From NCBI GenBank assembly GCA_964635215.1, contig CAZWNJ010000003.1:44015-108014 (forward strand): a stretch of DNA of 64,000 nt, written 5' to 3'. The stretch's first letter is position 1; every line of letters starts with the position of its first letter. A program made the translations under genes and the position numbers. The notes beneath the pieces were generated by a model. The model searched no databases, was not told the origin of the DNA, and was given only the letters and a program-made list of their open reading frames with translations. Origin of the DNA: an uncultured Candidatus Peribacteria bacterium. GTDB taxonomy: Bacteria > Patescibacteriota > Gracilibacteria > Peribacterales > Peribacteraceae. This document shows positions 1 through 8,501 of this stretch, piece by piece.

Positions 1-903
1 GCCGACGTGTTGAACTCCACGTTGGCGTAGATCGCACAGACAGGATCGGGCGCGGAACGCAGCACGGGCTTTTCTGATCCGTCCGTCTTCAGGAGGACCA
101 GCCGACAATCAGTCGACGGGTCGCTCGTGGCCGGGACGAGAATCAGAGCGCTCGCCGGAGAGCCAATGGGGGAGATACTGTTCAAGCCTTCCTTCATGTC
201 CAACCGGTATACCAAGGTGCCGTCCTTCTTCCAGAAGCAGGCTTGCTGATCCCCCTGTGTCAGGAGCAAGTCACCCTCCCATTCACCGGTTCCCTGACCA
301 CATCCATCGATGGGAAGGAGGGCTGTTTTCTTCGATGCAATATCGATCAAGCGGTGCTGGAGCTGCCAATTGCCGTCCTTCTTGACGTAGCTCTGCATGG
401 CGAGCGCGGCGCCGTCGGGTGAGATCGCCCAGTCATTCAGAACATGGGTGTAGAGGGCGTGGCGCCTGCCGTCCTTCTTCACTTCAAGGACATACGATGT
501 GTCGACATAGCTGTTCTCTCCGAGGGCATCGTTGTACCACTGGAAGGAGTAGTGATCGAGCGAGTACGGCGAAATCAGCGTGCGGCCTTGCGGCTCGTAC
601 CAACGGCGGTTGTTCTTCCGGTAATAGTACGTCTGTCCACCAGAAACCACCTTCCAGAGGTCCGTTGTGCGATTGTACGTCGCAGCCGTTTTACCGGGAT
701 TGAATAGATCGGGCTGGAACGACGCCGATTGCTCTCCGTTCTGACTGTGATCGCGATTAATGGACGGACCAATGACGATCGAGGTCGAAAGCCCCTTCGG
801 CAAAGTTGGACTCAGCACGGCGACAACCGGCGCTGCTGCGGCCGAGACGGCGGTGGTGACGAGAGTAAGAGCGACAAGACCAACGAAACGAAAGGTGTTC
901 ATG
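1..903 (-). CDS. secreted hypothetical protein; N-terminus present, C-terminus cut by the window edge
   Basis: Absent from the ORF track because it runs off the window. Reverse-strand ATG at 903 opens MNTFRFVGLVALTLVTTAVSAAAAPVV..., which looks like a signal peptide. I read the frame to position 1 without stops, and third positions are GC-rich. Confidence 0.55.
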
Positions 904-960
904 TCCCAATAGTATTCGCCGGTATGCAAATAGCTATTGACTAATATTTGAGTAATCAAC

Positions 961-966
961 TACTAT
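961..966 (+). promoter_or_regulatory. -10 box TACTAT with TTGACT 18 nt upstream at 937-942; 8 nt before ATG 975
   Basis: Sequence motif spacing only. Confidence 0.45.
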
Positions 967-974
967 GCAAGTAT

Positions 975-1397
975 ATGACAACCCTCTCGCCCGCCGTCTC
1001 CTTCTTCCTCCACCTCGCCCGCGCCCAAGCCGTTCTCGGACGTCGCTTCGATAGCGGCCTCAACGGCCTCAGCCAGAGCGACTTCATGATTCTTCTTCAC
1101 CTGAGCCAGGCAAAGGACGGCAAATTGCGCCGCATCGATCTGGCCGACAAAGTGGGCCTGACAGCTTCGGGAGTGACGCGCCTGCTCGCCCCCATGGAGA
1201 AGGTCGGTCTCATTAAGCGCGAAGCGAATAAAGACGATGCTCGCGTCAGCTACGTCGTCCTCGCCGCCGGCGGCAAACGTCGCCTGGACGAGACGCTCGA
1301 ATACGCCGAACTGCTGGCCGAAGACCTGACTCCGCCGGGGAAACAGAAAAAGCTCGAGGAATTCTCCGAGCTCCTGATGATGCTCAGCGGTCGGTGA
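975..1397 (+). CDS. MarR-family winged-helix transcriptional regulator
   Basis: wHTH core LSQSDFMILLHLSQAKDGKLRRIDLADKVGLTASGVTRLLAPMEKVGLIKRE. The track ORF starts at TTG 948. I prefer ATG 975 (MTTLSP...), which lies 8 nt after a -10 box. Confidence 0.8.
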   Translation: MTTLSPAVSFFLHLARAQAVLGRRFDSGLNGLSQSDFMILLHLSQAKDGKLRRIDLADKVGLTASGVTRLLAPMEKVGLIKREANKDDARVSYVVLAAGGKRRLDETLEYAELLAEDLTPPGKQKKLEEFSELLMMLSGR

Positions 1398-1971
1398 GCG
1401 TGCCGTAGTGGATGCGCCACGAGCGCCGGTAGCGGGCCACAGCCTCTTCCCACGAGGAAATGTGTGGCCGCAGCGGGCCGGGTTTGTGAAAGACGATCGG
1501 CTCGTCACCGCTCCGCGCAAGGACGAGTCCTTCATGGAGGATGCCCTCGGTCGTCACCCACTCTTGGGCGTCCTCCGTCGTCGGCATCTGGTACTCGCCA
1601 TACATCTGAAAGCGAAACGGCGGTTCAAGCGCCGGTGGCAGTTCGTCCATCGAGCGGACGAGTCCAAGCGGGCGGCGCCAGTGCACGTCGCTGCGGATCG
1701 GCTTGCCGTACGCGATCGTATCGACGGCGGCGAAACAGTTGAAATCGCAGTCGCGCTGCGTACGAAGACGCTCATCGAGGATACAGAGCAGACGCGCGGC
1801 AAAGGCACCTTGCAAAGAAACCAGGCGGCGCTGCTTGGTGTGGTCGACGATCTGCAACGAGAACTCCTCCAAAGTGTCGGCAGTATGGAGCGTGCAGGGT
1901 GTCTGACCTTTCCAGTGCGCAAACACTCGACACTCCCCTCTCTCAACCCCGGCTTTGAGGACGGTCTTCAT
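1384..1971 (-). CDS. hypothetical protein
   Basis: The track ORF 1384..2040 overlaps tRNA-Leu at its 5' end. I trimmed it to the internal ATG (MKTVLKAGVERGEC...). Codon usage looks coding. I recognised no motif. Confidence 0.55.
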   Translation of the reverse strand: MKTVLKAGVERGECRVFAHWKGQTPCTLHTADTLEEFSLQIVDHTKQRRLVSLQGAFAARLLCILDERLRTQRDCDFNCFAAVDTIAYGKPIRSDVHWRRPLGLVRSMDELPPALEPPFRFQMYGEYQMPTTEDAQEWVTTEGILHEGLVLARSGDEPIVFHKPGPLRPHISSWEEAVARYRRSWRIHYGTLTDR

Positions 1972-1994
1972 GGATAGAAGATGATGCTTATCGA

Positions 1995-2081
1995 TGGTGC
2001 CGACGGAGAGACTCGAACTCTCACATCCGTGAGGATACACGCTCCTGAAGCGTGCGCGTCTACCAATTCCGCCACGTCGGC
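1995..2081 (-). tRNA. tRNA-Leu (anticodon CAG), CCA encoded
   Basis: The reverse complement reads GCCGACG-TG-GCGGAATTGGTAGACGC-G-CACGC-TTCAGGA-GCGTG-long variable arm-GAGAG-TTCGAGT-CTCTC-CGTCGGC-A-CCA. The cloverleaf folds by hand. Confidence 0.9.
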
Positions 2082-2235
2082 ACGAAGAACGTTAAAGAGC
2101 ACGGGCAGTGTATCAATCTGCCTGGGGACTGCAACGCCGCCACGGCGCCAGCATTTTGGCAGGTGCAGCGATTCGAACATAGCTTCGTGATCTGGGAAGT
2201 GGGCAAGACGCCGCGCGCAGCCTAGGGTGCAGATC

Positions 2236-2940
2236 ATGGCTCACGCTCACCCCAATCCCCCATCCCGCAACACCCTTCGCCTCGCCGCTGCTGTCACACT
2301 GACACTCATCGGCGCGCTGACCGCACACGCCGCGGTGCAGTACTTCAACGACGTACCATCCGACCACTGGGCCGCCAACGCCATCAACTGGGCCGCCAAC
2401 GCCGGTGTCATGTCCGGCCCGGCAAACATGCCCGGCAACTTTGATCCAAACGGCACCGTGAACCGTGCCCAGCTAGCTACCGTCCTCTCCCGCGAGGACG
2501 CCAACCTGCGCGCCGTCATTTCGGTTTTGCAACAGCGTATCGCTGTCTTAGAAGCGCGCTTGAACATCTCGCCCGCCTCGTCCTCAAGCTCGGTCTGGAG
2601 TTCGTCATCGTCGTCCGTCTCGTCCGTCGCCAGCAGCTCAACTTCCAGCGTCACGGCCTGGACCGAAACCGATAGCACCTGGCGCGACATCGACCAGGGT
2701 CTGATGAAGATCGAAGACGGCAAGCTCTACCGCTCAACGAACAACGGTTCGACCTGGCTGCAGCTTCGACCCATGCAGTGGCAGGCCGACGGCGGACTGT
2801 GGTATCGCTTTGACGACAAGTTGAACCTCAATACCAGCAGCGACGGGCTGCGCTGGACCAGCGTCCCCAACCGCCAGTGGACCGCCTACGGCGTCGTCTA
2901 TTGGATCGACTATTCGAACAAGGTTTGGAAGTCGATGTAA
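2236..2940 (+). CDS. secreted SLH-domain protein with coiled-coil, Ser-rich linker and C-terminal beta-rich domain
   Basis: Signal-like N-terminus. SLH motif FNDVPSDHWAANAINWAANAGVMSG...FDPNGTVNRAQLATVLSR, followed by a poly-Ser tract. The start could be GTG 2227 or ATG 2236. Confidence 0.7.
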   Translation: MAHAHPNPPSRNTLRLAAAVTLTLIGALTAHAAVQYFNDVPSDHWAANAINWAANAGVMSGPANMPGNFDPNGTVNRAQLATVLSREDANLRAVISVLQQRIAVLEARLNISPASSSSSVWSSSSSSVSSVASSSTSSVTAWTETDSTWRDIDQGLMKIEDGKLYRSTNNGSTWLQLRPMQWQADGGLWYRFDDKLNLNTSSDGLRWTSVPNRQWTAYGVVYWIDYSNKVWKSM

Positions 2941-2990
2941 GTGAACGCTGGGTATTGACAAATGTATAGAATAGTATATTTTACTATACT

Positions 2991-3860
2991 ATGCGCTTGG
3001 GAAAGACTGCCATCCTCTCGCTTTCGTGCCTTCTCCTCGCGGCCTGCGGGGCCTCAAACACGCCTTCTGAGCCAGCCGCCAAGGCTCTGCCGGCTTCCCT
3101 CGTCGGAGGTCTGAACACGAGCAATGACTACTGGAACAAGCACCGTCCGTACACCTGGGACGAGACGACCCCGAGCCCCAGCAACGGCGGTAGTGCTTCG
3201 TCGACAACCGGCGGCAGCATCGTCGTCACGCCGGACGGCACGATCATCGACCAGCGGTCCTGGCTGGAGCAGGTCGGCATGAACCCGCAGTGGGGCCCCG
3301 ACGGCCATACGCTCGTCTCGAGCTCTTCGTCAGCAGCGACCGTCGCGCAGGTGACGTCATCCAGCTCATCGAGCCGGGGCTCGTTCTTCGGTACGTCAGC
3401 AACCAAGTCGTCCTCGAGCGCGGGCGGACTGTTCTTTGGTACGTCTTCAAACAGTTCGTCCTCCAAGGGCAGTTCTTCGTTCCTCTCGTCGCAGAGCAGC
3501 AGTGCCAGTACCGCCAACGGTCCGGTACGCCTGCCGAGCGGTACGACGCTGGACGGCCAAGTGGCATCCAATGGACAGACGGCTGGCGGCGGTTCGAACA
3601 CGATCACGCTTCCGAGCGGCCGCGTCATCACCGTGAACGGCACGGCAACGAGCAGTAGTTCGTCTTCGTCTGCAACGGGAAGCGGCACCAAGCTTGCCAC
3701 CCGCACCGGCACGCGCGGCTGTCCGGCCCCGGGACCGAATGTCTCGACGTTCGGCTCGGGCTGGCTGCTCCCCGGTCTCATCAACGGCAACTGCCCGCTG
3801 AACACGACGATGCTCAAGGTGGCCGAACGCCCGAGCGTCTTCGGGTCGATGGATTTCTAA
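2991..3860 (+). CDS. Ser-rich lipoprotein, function unknown
   Basis: Lipobox in MRLGKTAILSLSCLLLAAC-GAS. Long Ser/Thr/Gly low-complexity tracts. Confidence 0.65.
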   Translation: MRLGKTAILSLSCLLLAACGASNTPSEPAAKALPASLVGGLNTSNDYWNKHRPYTWDETTPSPSNGGSASSTTGGSIVVTPDGTIIDQRSWLEQVGMNPQWGPDGHTLVSSSSSAATVAQVTSSSSSSRGSFFGTSATKSSSSAGGLFFGTSSNSSSSKGSSSFLSSQSSSASTANGPVRLPSGTTLDGQVASNGQTAGGGSNTITLPSGRVITVNGTATSSSSSSSATGSGTKLATRTGTRGCPAPGPNVSTFGSGWLLPGLINGNCPLNTTMLKVAERPSVFGSMDF

Positions 3861-3886
3861 GTCAGGTTGCCTGAAGATGGTGGTGC

Positions 3887-4351
3887 ATGTCCGCCTACCA
3901 TTTCGTCACGCGCTGGCAGATGCCGGGACCGCCGGAATTGATCTATGACACCCTGAGCGACACCGACCTGGTGGCCAGCTTTTGGCCGTCTCTCTATAAG
4001 AAGGCGATGGTCCTGAAGCCTGGCGGTGAGCACGGGATCCACAAAGAAGTGGCCGCCGAGACGAAGGGCCCGCTGCCCTACGTGCTCAAGTGGCGGTTTG
4101 TCGTGACGGAGTGCTCATACCCGAACGGCTATACGATCGATGCCACCGGCGACCTGGTGGGACGCGGCGTGTGGAAGTTTCAGAAGAACGGCGACCAGAC
4201 GGACATCGAGTACACCTGGGACGTCATCGGCGAGAAGCCGCTCCTGAAGATTCTCTCGCCGCTGCTGCGGCCGCTCTTTGCTCTCAACCACAACCTCGTG
4301 ATGAGCCAAGGGGAAGCAGGACTACGGCACTATCTGCAGACGCGACCATAA
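3887..4351 (+). CDS. SRPBCC (START/polyketide cyclase-like) family protein
   Basis: About 150 aa. The N-terminus MSAYHFVTRWQMPGPPELIYDTLSD...W and the overall pattern resemble SRPBCC-fold proteins. This is a by-eye call. Confidence 0.5.
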   Translation: MSAYHFVTRWQMPGPPELIYDTLSDTDLVASFWPSLYKKAMVLKPGGEHGIHKEVAAETKGPLPYVLKWRFVVTECSYPNGYTIDATGDLVGRGVWKFQKNGDQTDIEYTWDVIGEKPLLKILSPLLRPLFALNHNLVMSQGEAGLRHYLQTRP

Positions 4352-4369
4352 GCGGCGGCGGCTCGTCTC

Positions 4370-4397
4370 TTGACGCAGTGATTTATCACTCTAGAAT
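4370..4397 (+). promoter_or_regulatory. groESL promoter TTGACG-16 nt-TAGAAT
   Basis: -35 at 4370-4375 and -10 at 4392-4397, upstream of groES. Confidence 0.55.
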
Positions 4398-4409
4398 GAC
4401 GACTGATAA
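4383..4409. promoter_or_regulatory. CIRCE-like inverted repeat (candidate HrcA operator)
   Basis: TTATCACTC-N9-GACTGATAA compared with the CIRCE consensus TTAGCACTC-N9-GAGTGCTAA. It overlaps the -10 box directly upstream of groES. Confidence 0.6.
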
Positions 4410-4433
4410 TTCACTCTTTCCCCAATTCTTTCT

Positions 4434-4775
4434 ATGGCAGCCGCTGCCCCCAAGCTCAAAGTGAAAATCCATCCCCTCGGTGACCGCGTCGTGGTCATGC
4501 CGCTCGAAGCCGAGCAGGTGACCGCCTCGGGCATTGTCATTCCCGATACCGCCAAGGAGCAGAAACCCCAAGAAGGCATCGTCATTGCGCTGGGCGACGG
4601 CAAGATCAAGGACGACGGCCACGAGGTGAGCAACCCGCACGACTTCCTGAAGGTCGGTGACAAGGTGCTGTTTGGCAAGTACGCCGGCGACGAAGTGAAG
4701 CTGAAAGACGAGAACGGCAAGGACGTTGAAGTGAAGATCCTCCGCCTCGATTCCGTCCTCGGCAAAGTCGAATAA
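4434..4775 (+). CDS. groES: co-chaperonin GroES
   Basis: [46 protein letters not shown]...VLFGKYAG is typical of Cpn10. Confidence 0.95.
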   Translation: MAAAAPKLKVKIHPLGDRVVVMPLEAEQVTASGIVIPDTAKEQKPQEGIVIALGDGKIKDDGHEVSNPHDFLKVGDKVLFGKYAGDEVKLKDENGKDVEVKILRLDSVLGKVE

Positions 4776-4816
4776 TCCGCCACTCCCCTCCCCTACTTCC
4801 TCTTCCATTCACTCCT

Positions 4817-6466
4817 ATGTCAGCCAAGCAACTCCTCAACGGTGACGACGCCCGCCACAAGATCTTCAAGGGTGTCGAGAAGCTCGCCGACGCGGTCGCC
4901 GCGACGATGGGCCCCTCCGGCCGAAACGTCCTCATCAGCAAGTCCTACGGCGGACCGACCGTCACGAAGGACGGCGTGACCGTCGCCAAGGAAATCGAGC
5001 TCGAAGACCCCTACGAGAACATGGGCGCCCAGCTCGTGAAGGAGGCCGCCACGAAGACGAACGACGCCGCCGGTGACGGAACCACGACCGCCACGGTCCT
5101 GGCCCGTGCCCTCATGGAGGCGGGACTGCGCCACCTGAAGAAAGGCAGCAATGCCATCGGCATCAAGCGCGGCATCCTGATGGCCGTCGACGCCGTGACG
5201 AAGCACCTGGAGAGCCAGGCCAAGCCCGTCAGCAAGCGCGAAGAGCGCGCCGCCGTCGCCACGATCTCGGCCCAGGATAAGGAGATCGGCGAGACGATCG
5301 CCGACATCTTCGAGAAGGTGGGCAACGAGGGCGTCGTGACCGTCGACAAGTCCGAGACGCTCGGCATCGAAATGGAGATCGTCGAAGGCATGCAGTTCGA
5401 CCAGGGCTACATCTCGCCGTACTTCGTCACCGACACCTCGCGCATGGAAGCCATCTTCCACAAGGCGCACATCCTCATCACCGACGCCAAGATCTCGTCC
5501 ATCCAGCAGATCCTGCCGCTGCTTGAGGCGCTGGCGCAGAAGGGCCGCAAGGAACTCGTCATCATCGCCGAGACCGTGGAAGGCGAAGCGCTGGCCACGC
5601 TCGTCGTGAACAAGCTCCGCGGAACCTTTAACACGCTGGCCGTGAAGGCCCCGGCCTTCGGCGACCGCCGCAAGGAGATCCTGAAGGACATCGCCGCCCT
5701 GACAGGTGGCCGCGTCATCAGCGAAGAAGTGGGTCTGAAATTGGAGAACGCCGGCTACGACGACCTGGGCCGCGCGGCCAAGGTGATCGTCACGAAGGAC
5801 GCTACGACGATCGTCGACGGTGAGGGTCAGAAGAAGGAGATCGCCGCCCGCGTCGACCAGATCAAGAGCGCCATCGACCAGACGAAGTCGGACTTCGATA
5901 AAGAGAAGTTGGCCGAGCGCCTCGGCAAGCTCACGGGTGGCGTCGCCGTCATCAAGGTGGGCGCCGCGACCGAAGTGGAACAGAAGGAGAAGCAGCACCG
6001 CGTGGAGGACGCCCTCTCCGCCACCCGCGCTGCGGGCCAGGAAGGCATCGTCGCCGGCGGCGGCACGGCCTACATCCGCGCGCTGGAGTCGCTGGAAACC
6101 CTCAAGACGAAGAACGCCGACGAGCAGATTGGCATCGCCATCGTCCGCGAGGCCCTGACCGCTCCCCTCAAGCACATCGCCGGCAACGCCGGCGTGGTGG
6201 GCGAAGTGGTGGTGGACAAGGTCTTGAACGAGCTCAAGGGCACCGAAGGTTACAACGCCCTCACCGGCAAGTACGAAGACCTCGTGGCCGCGCGCGTCAT
6301 CGACCCGAAGAAGGTCAGCCGCAGCGCCCTCGAGAACGCCGCCTCGGTGGCCGCGATGTTCCTCACCCTCGAAGTCGCCATCTGCGACGCTCCCAAGAAG
6401 GAGAGCGGCGGCATGCCCGCCATGCCAGGAGGCATGGGAGGGATGGGTGGCGGGGATGACTTTTAA
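4817..6466 (+). CDS. groEL: chaperonin GroEL
   Basis: [36 protein letters not shown]..., [12 protein letters not shown], and a C-terminal GGM repeat. Confidence 0.97.
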   Translation: MSAKQLLNGDDARHKIFKGVEKLADAVAATMGPSGRNVLISKSYGGPTVTKDGVTVAKEIELEDPYENMGAQLVKEAATKTNDAAGDGTTTATVLARALMEAGLRHLKKGSNAIGIKRGILMAVDAVTKHLESQAKPVSKREERAAVATISAQDKEIGETIADIFEKVGNEGVVTVDKSETLGIEMEIVEGMQFDQGYISPYFVTDTSRMEAIFHKAHILITDAKISSIQQILPLLEALAQKGRKELVIIAETVEGEALATLVVNKLRGTFNTLAVKAPAFGDRRKEILKDIAALTGGRVISEEVGLKLENAGYDDLGRAAKVIVTKDATTIVDGEGQKKEIAARVDQIKSAIDQTKSDFDKEKLAERLGKLTGGVAVIKVGAATEVEQKEKQHRVEDALSATRAAGQEGIVAGGGTAYIRALESLETLKTKNADEQIGIAIVREALTAPLKHIAGNAGVVGEVVVDKVLNELKGTEGYNALTGKYEDLVAARVIDPKKVSRSALENAASVAAMFLTLEVAICDAPKKESGGMPAMPGGMGGMGGGDDF

Positions 6467-6475
6467 CTCTTACTA

Positions 6476-6500
6476 GGCCCCCGAAAGGGGGCCTTTGTTT
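6476..6500 (+). terminator. intrinsic terminator after groEL
   Basis: GGCCCCC-GAAA-GGGGGCC followed by TTTGTTT. Confidence 0.8.
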
Positions 6501-7190
6501 ATGACTGAATCTGATTCACCAACTATTCGAAATATTCGAGAACAATTGTGCTCTGGATATTCCGACGAGGATTGTGAAGTGATTGCAGTAATCCTGAATC
6601 AAAGTGCATTTATTGAATCAATATTAGATCTTTATCTACATAGACTTCTTGTTGTACCTCATGGAGAGAGTGAAGAGGAATTCACCAAGCGAGTTGATGA
6701 AATTAACGAAAGTATTGAAACGATGAATATCAATGCAAAAGTACGCATGCTTCGGGCTCACCTCGCATCTAAAGCAAGCCTAGCCGCAAGAATCATCCAA
6801 CTAAATGAGATTAGAATTAAAATTGCTCATTCAAAATTTGCGTGTGGATTTAATATGATCTCCAAGGACTCAATCAAAGTTAAAGAAGACAGTATTTGGA
6901 CGGCAAAGGGCTTGGCTGCCTTTTGCGAACTATCCCAGAGTGTGATTAAGGATCTAATTGATATGCTTTCAAATCATCAAGGACAAAGCGTATATGGTAT
7001 GGGGGCAGAAATTGTTTACCTAACTGAGCGCAAAGAAGACTTCGAAAGGCAGGATAACCTCTCAGAGACAGACAGGGCACAACTCAACTTTATTAAACAA
7101 CGTATTGAGACTCTTAAGGAAATATTCAAAAGTGAGTCCGAACGAAACAATGCTCTCAAAGAAATAATTCGCACCAAGAATTCAGAGTAA
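6501..7190 (+). CDS. AT-rich hypothetical protein with HEPN-like Rx4H motif (MtlR/DUF4145-like helical protein)
   Basis: GC content is markedly lower than in the flanks. Motif QLNEIRIKIAHSKF (R-x4-H) sits in an all-helical-looking protein. ATG 6501 lies immediately after the groEL terminator T-run. Confidence 0.45.
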   Translation: MTESDSPTIRNIREQLCSGYSDEDCEVIAVILNQSAFIESILDLYLHRLLVVPHGESEEEFTKRVDEINESIETMNINAKVRMLRAHLASKASLAARIIQLNEIRIKIAHSKFACGFNMISKDSIKVKEDSIWTAKGLAAFCELSQSVIKDLIDMLSNHQGQSVYGMGAEIVYLTERKEDFERQDNLSETDRAQLNFIKQRIETLKEIFKSESERNNALKEIIRTKNSE

Positions 7191-7354
7191 CGTTAAAGCC
7201 TAATCCGCTATTCAAATTGTCAGACTGTCTCTGCGTACGGAGGGGGCGCGCCGCTGGGGGGTGAAGGGGCACTACCCTGGATAGACGCCAGGATCTTTAC
7301 TTGAGCACCGCCAAGCAGAACCAGGGAGGGGCATTCGGCGCGCCAGCGTTTTTG

Positions 7355-7384
7355 GGTACTTTTGCCGCGCCTGGCAAAAGTACC
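7355..7384. repeat. perfect 12-bp inverted repeat GGTACTTTTGCC-N6-GGCAAAAGTACC
   Basis: Read directly. It lies in a 288-bp GC-rich non-coding spacer. Confidence 0.7.
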
Positions 7385-7408
7385 GACCCACAAGCAGCAT
7401 CCAGCCAG

Positions 7409-7438
7409 ACAAAAAGAAAGCCGCTTCAACGAAGCGGC
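7409..7438 (-). terminator. intrinsic terminator for the 7479..7814 gene
   Basis: The minus strand reads GCCGCTTC-GTT-GAAGCGGC followed by TTTCTTTTTG. Confidence 0.7.
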
Positions 7439-7478
7439 CGGGCTGACACAGGTCAGCAGTGACATCAGGTGAACTCTC

Positions 7479-7814
7479 TCAGAACTTGTCCTTCAACTTG
7501 TCATAGAGCTTGGCATCCACACCCTTGAGATAGTTCCCAATCTCGATAGAGGTGAGCGTCCACGACTGGCTCTTCGGCAGGATCGAGAAGACGTGTGTGA
7601 CGAGGAACTTCGTGAAGGCCGGGTTCTCGTCTCCGAGGAGATCGAGCGTGATGGCGGCGGCGAGGGCACGCGAACCGTCGCTGCCGTTGCCCCAGCTGAA
7701 CTCGTGCCGACACTCGGGCAGTTTTGCCAAAACCGCTCCGTTGGAGGTGACGACGTGCTTCACGTCGTCCTTGGGGAGGTACTTCCCCACGTAGACCTTG
7801 GCGGGACCGGACAT
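7479..7814 (-). CDS. small hypothetical protein
   Basis: 111 aa with core FSWGNGSDGSRALAAAITLDLLGD. A TTGACA-type promoter lies upstream on the minus strand (about 7862-7895) and a terminator lies downstream. Confidence 0.6.
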   Translation of the reverse strand: MSGPAKVYVGKYLPKDDVKHVVTSNGAVLAKLPECRHEFSWGNGSDGSRALAAAITLDLLGDENPAFTKFLVTHVFSILPKSQSWTLTSIEIGNYLKGVDAKLYDKLKDKF

Positions 7815-7902
7815 TCGAACTCTCCGATGCTGTAAAACAGGCGATAGAACGGGCCTGACCGATATATTAAAATACTTTATTTATTTGTCAATAGTTCAAT
7901 GG

Positions 7903-8394
7903 TTACGCTGGAATCTCTTCTTCATCCGCCACATACAACCGCTCCGCTCCCGACAGAATCGCCACTAACTCTTCTGCTGGCGGAATCTCTCCAAAACACT
8001 CATCAACGTACCCCGTCATGAGCCGGTCGTAGATGCACTCGCGCAGGAGCGTGTCGTACCTCCGCCGCAGATCCTTCACCACCGCGAGGCGCTCAAGCGC
8101 CTCTTCGACCAAGTCGCGCTTGATGGACGACGTCGGTTTATGGCGACGAGGATTGCGCGGCCGCCGCTCGTGCTCGTGCCAGAGGCGGCGGTACCACTCC
8201 GGATTACGATTGTCGGCCACCCGGATCTTGTGGCCGGCATGCATCGGACGCGGCGCCGGCACAAGCACGACAGACAGGTACTGTTCGCGCAGTTCGCGCA
8301 GCATCAAACAAGCCTGCTCGCTGAAAAGCTCCGGGACTGGCGCGGGGTAGTGCACCAGGGGCAAGCCGGGATCCCATTCAACAACCTCTCCCAT
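7903..8394 (-). CDS. hypothetical protein (basic central region)
   Basis: Track ORF trimmed to the internal ATG (MGEVVEWDPG...). No motif recognised. Confidence 0.5.
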   Translation of the reverse strand: MGEVVEWDPGLPLVHYPAPVPELFSEQACLMLRELREQYLSVVLVPAPRPMHAGHKIRVADNRNPEWYRRLWHEHERRPRNPRRHKPTSSIKRDLVEEALERLAVVKDLRRRYDTLLRECIYDRLMTGYVDECFGEIPPAEELVAILSGAERLYVADEEEIPA

Positions 8395-8486
8395 CGGTTT
8401 GACCCTAATTCCATCCCTGTCCGAAAACAAGAGAAATGACCCAGAGTCACAGCCTGAACTCCATTGCCCGACGGCCATCCCCTCTC

Positions 8487-8492
8487 TATATT
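8487..8492 (+). promoter_or_regulatory. -10 box TATATT, 9 nt before ATG 8502
   Basis: Motif spacing only. Confidence 0.35.
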
Positions 8493-8501
8493 CCCCCTCC
8501 T

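Noticed and set aside
2575-2660. Serine-codon-rich nucleotide repeats here, and also at about 3330-3500, 3650-3680 and 30180-30320, considered as possible tandem DNA repeats or a CRISPR-like array
   Set aside because: They are in-frame poly-Ser/Thr linkers of secreted proteins. There is no regular repeat-spacer periodicity.
4820-6175. 451-aa ORF antisense to groEL
   Set aside because: Its R/G/A/D/L-rich composition is typical of a shadow frame in high-GC DNA. groEL on the plus strand is unambiguous.
7220-7465. 81-aa minus-strand ORF in the GC-rich spacer
   Set aside because: It overlaps the terminator of the upstream gene, has no start context, and its composition is low-complexity and Pro/Ala/Gly/Ser-rich.
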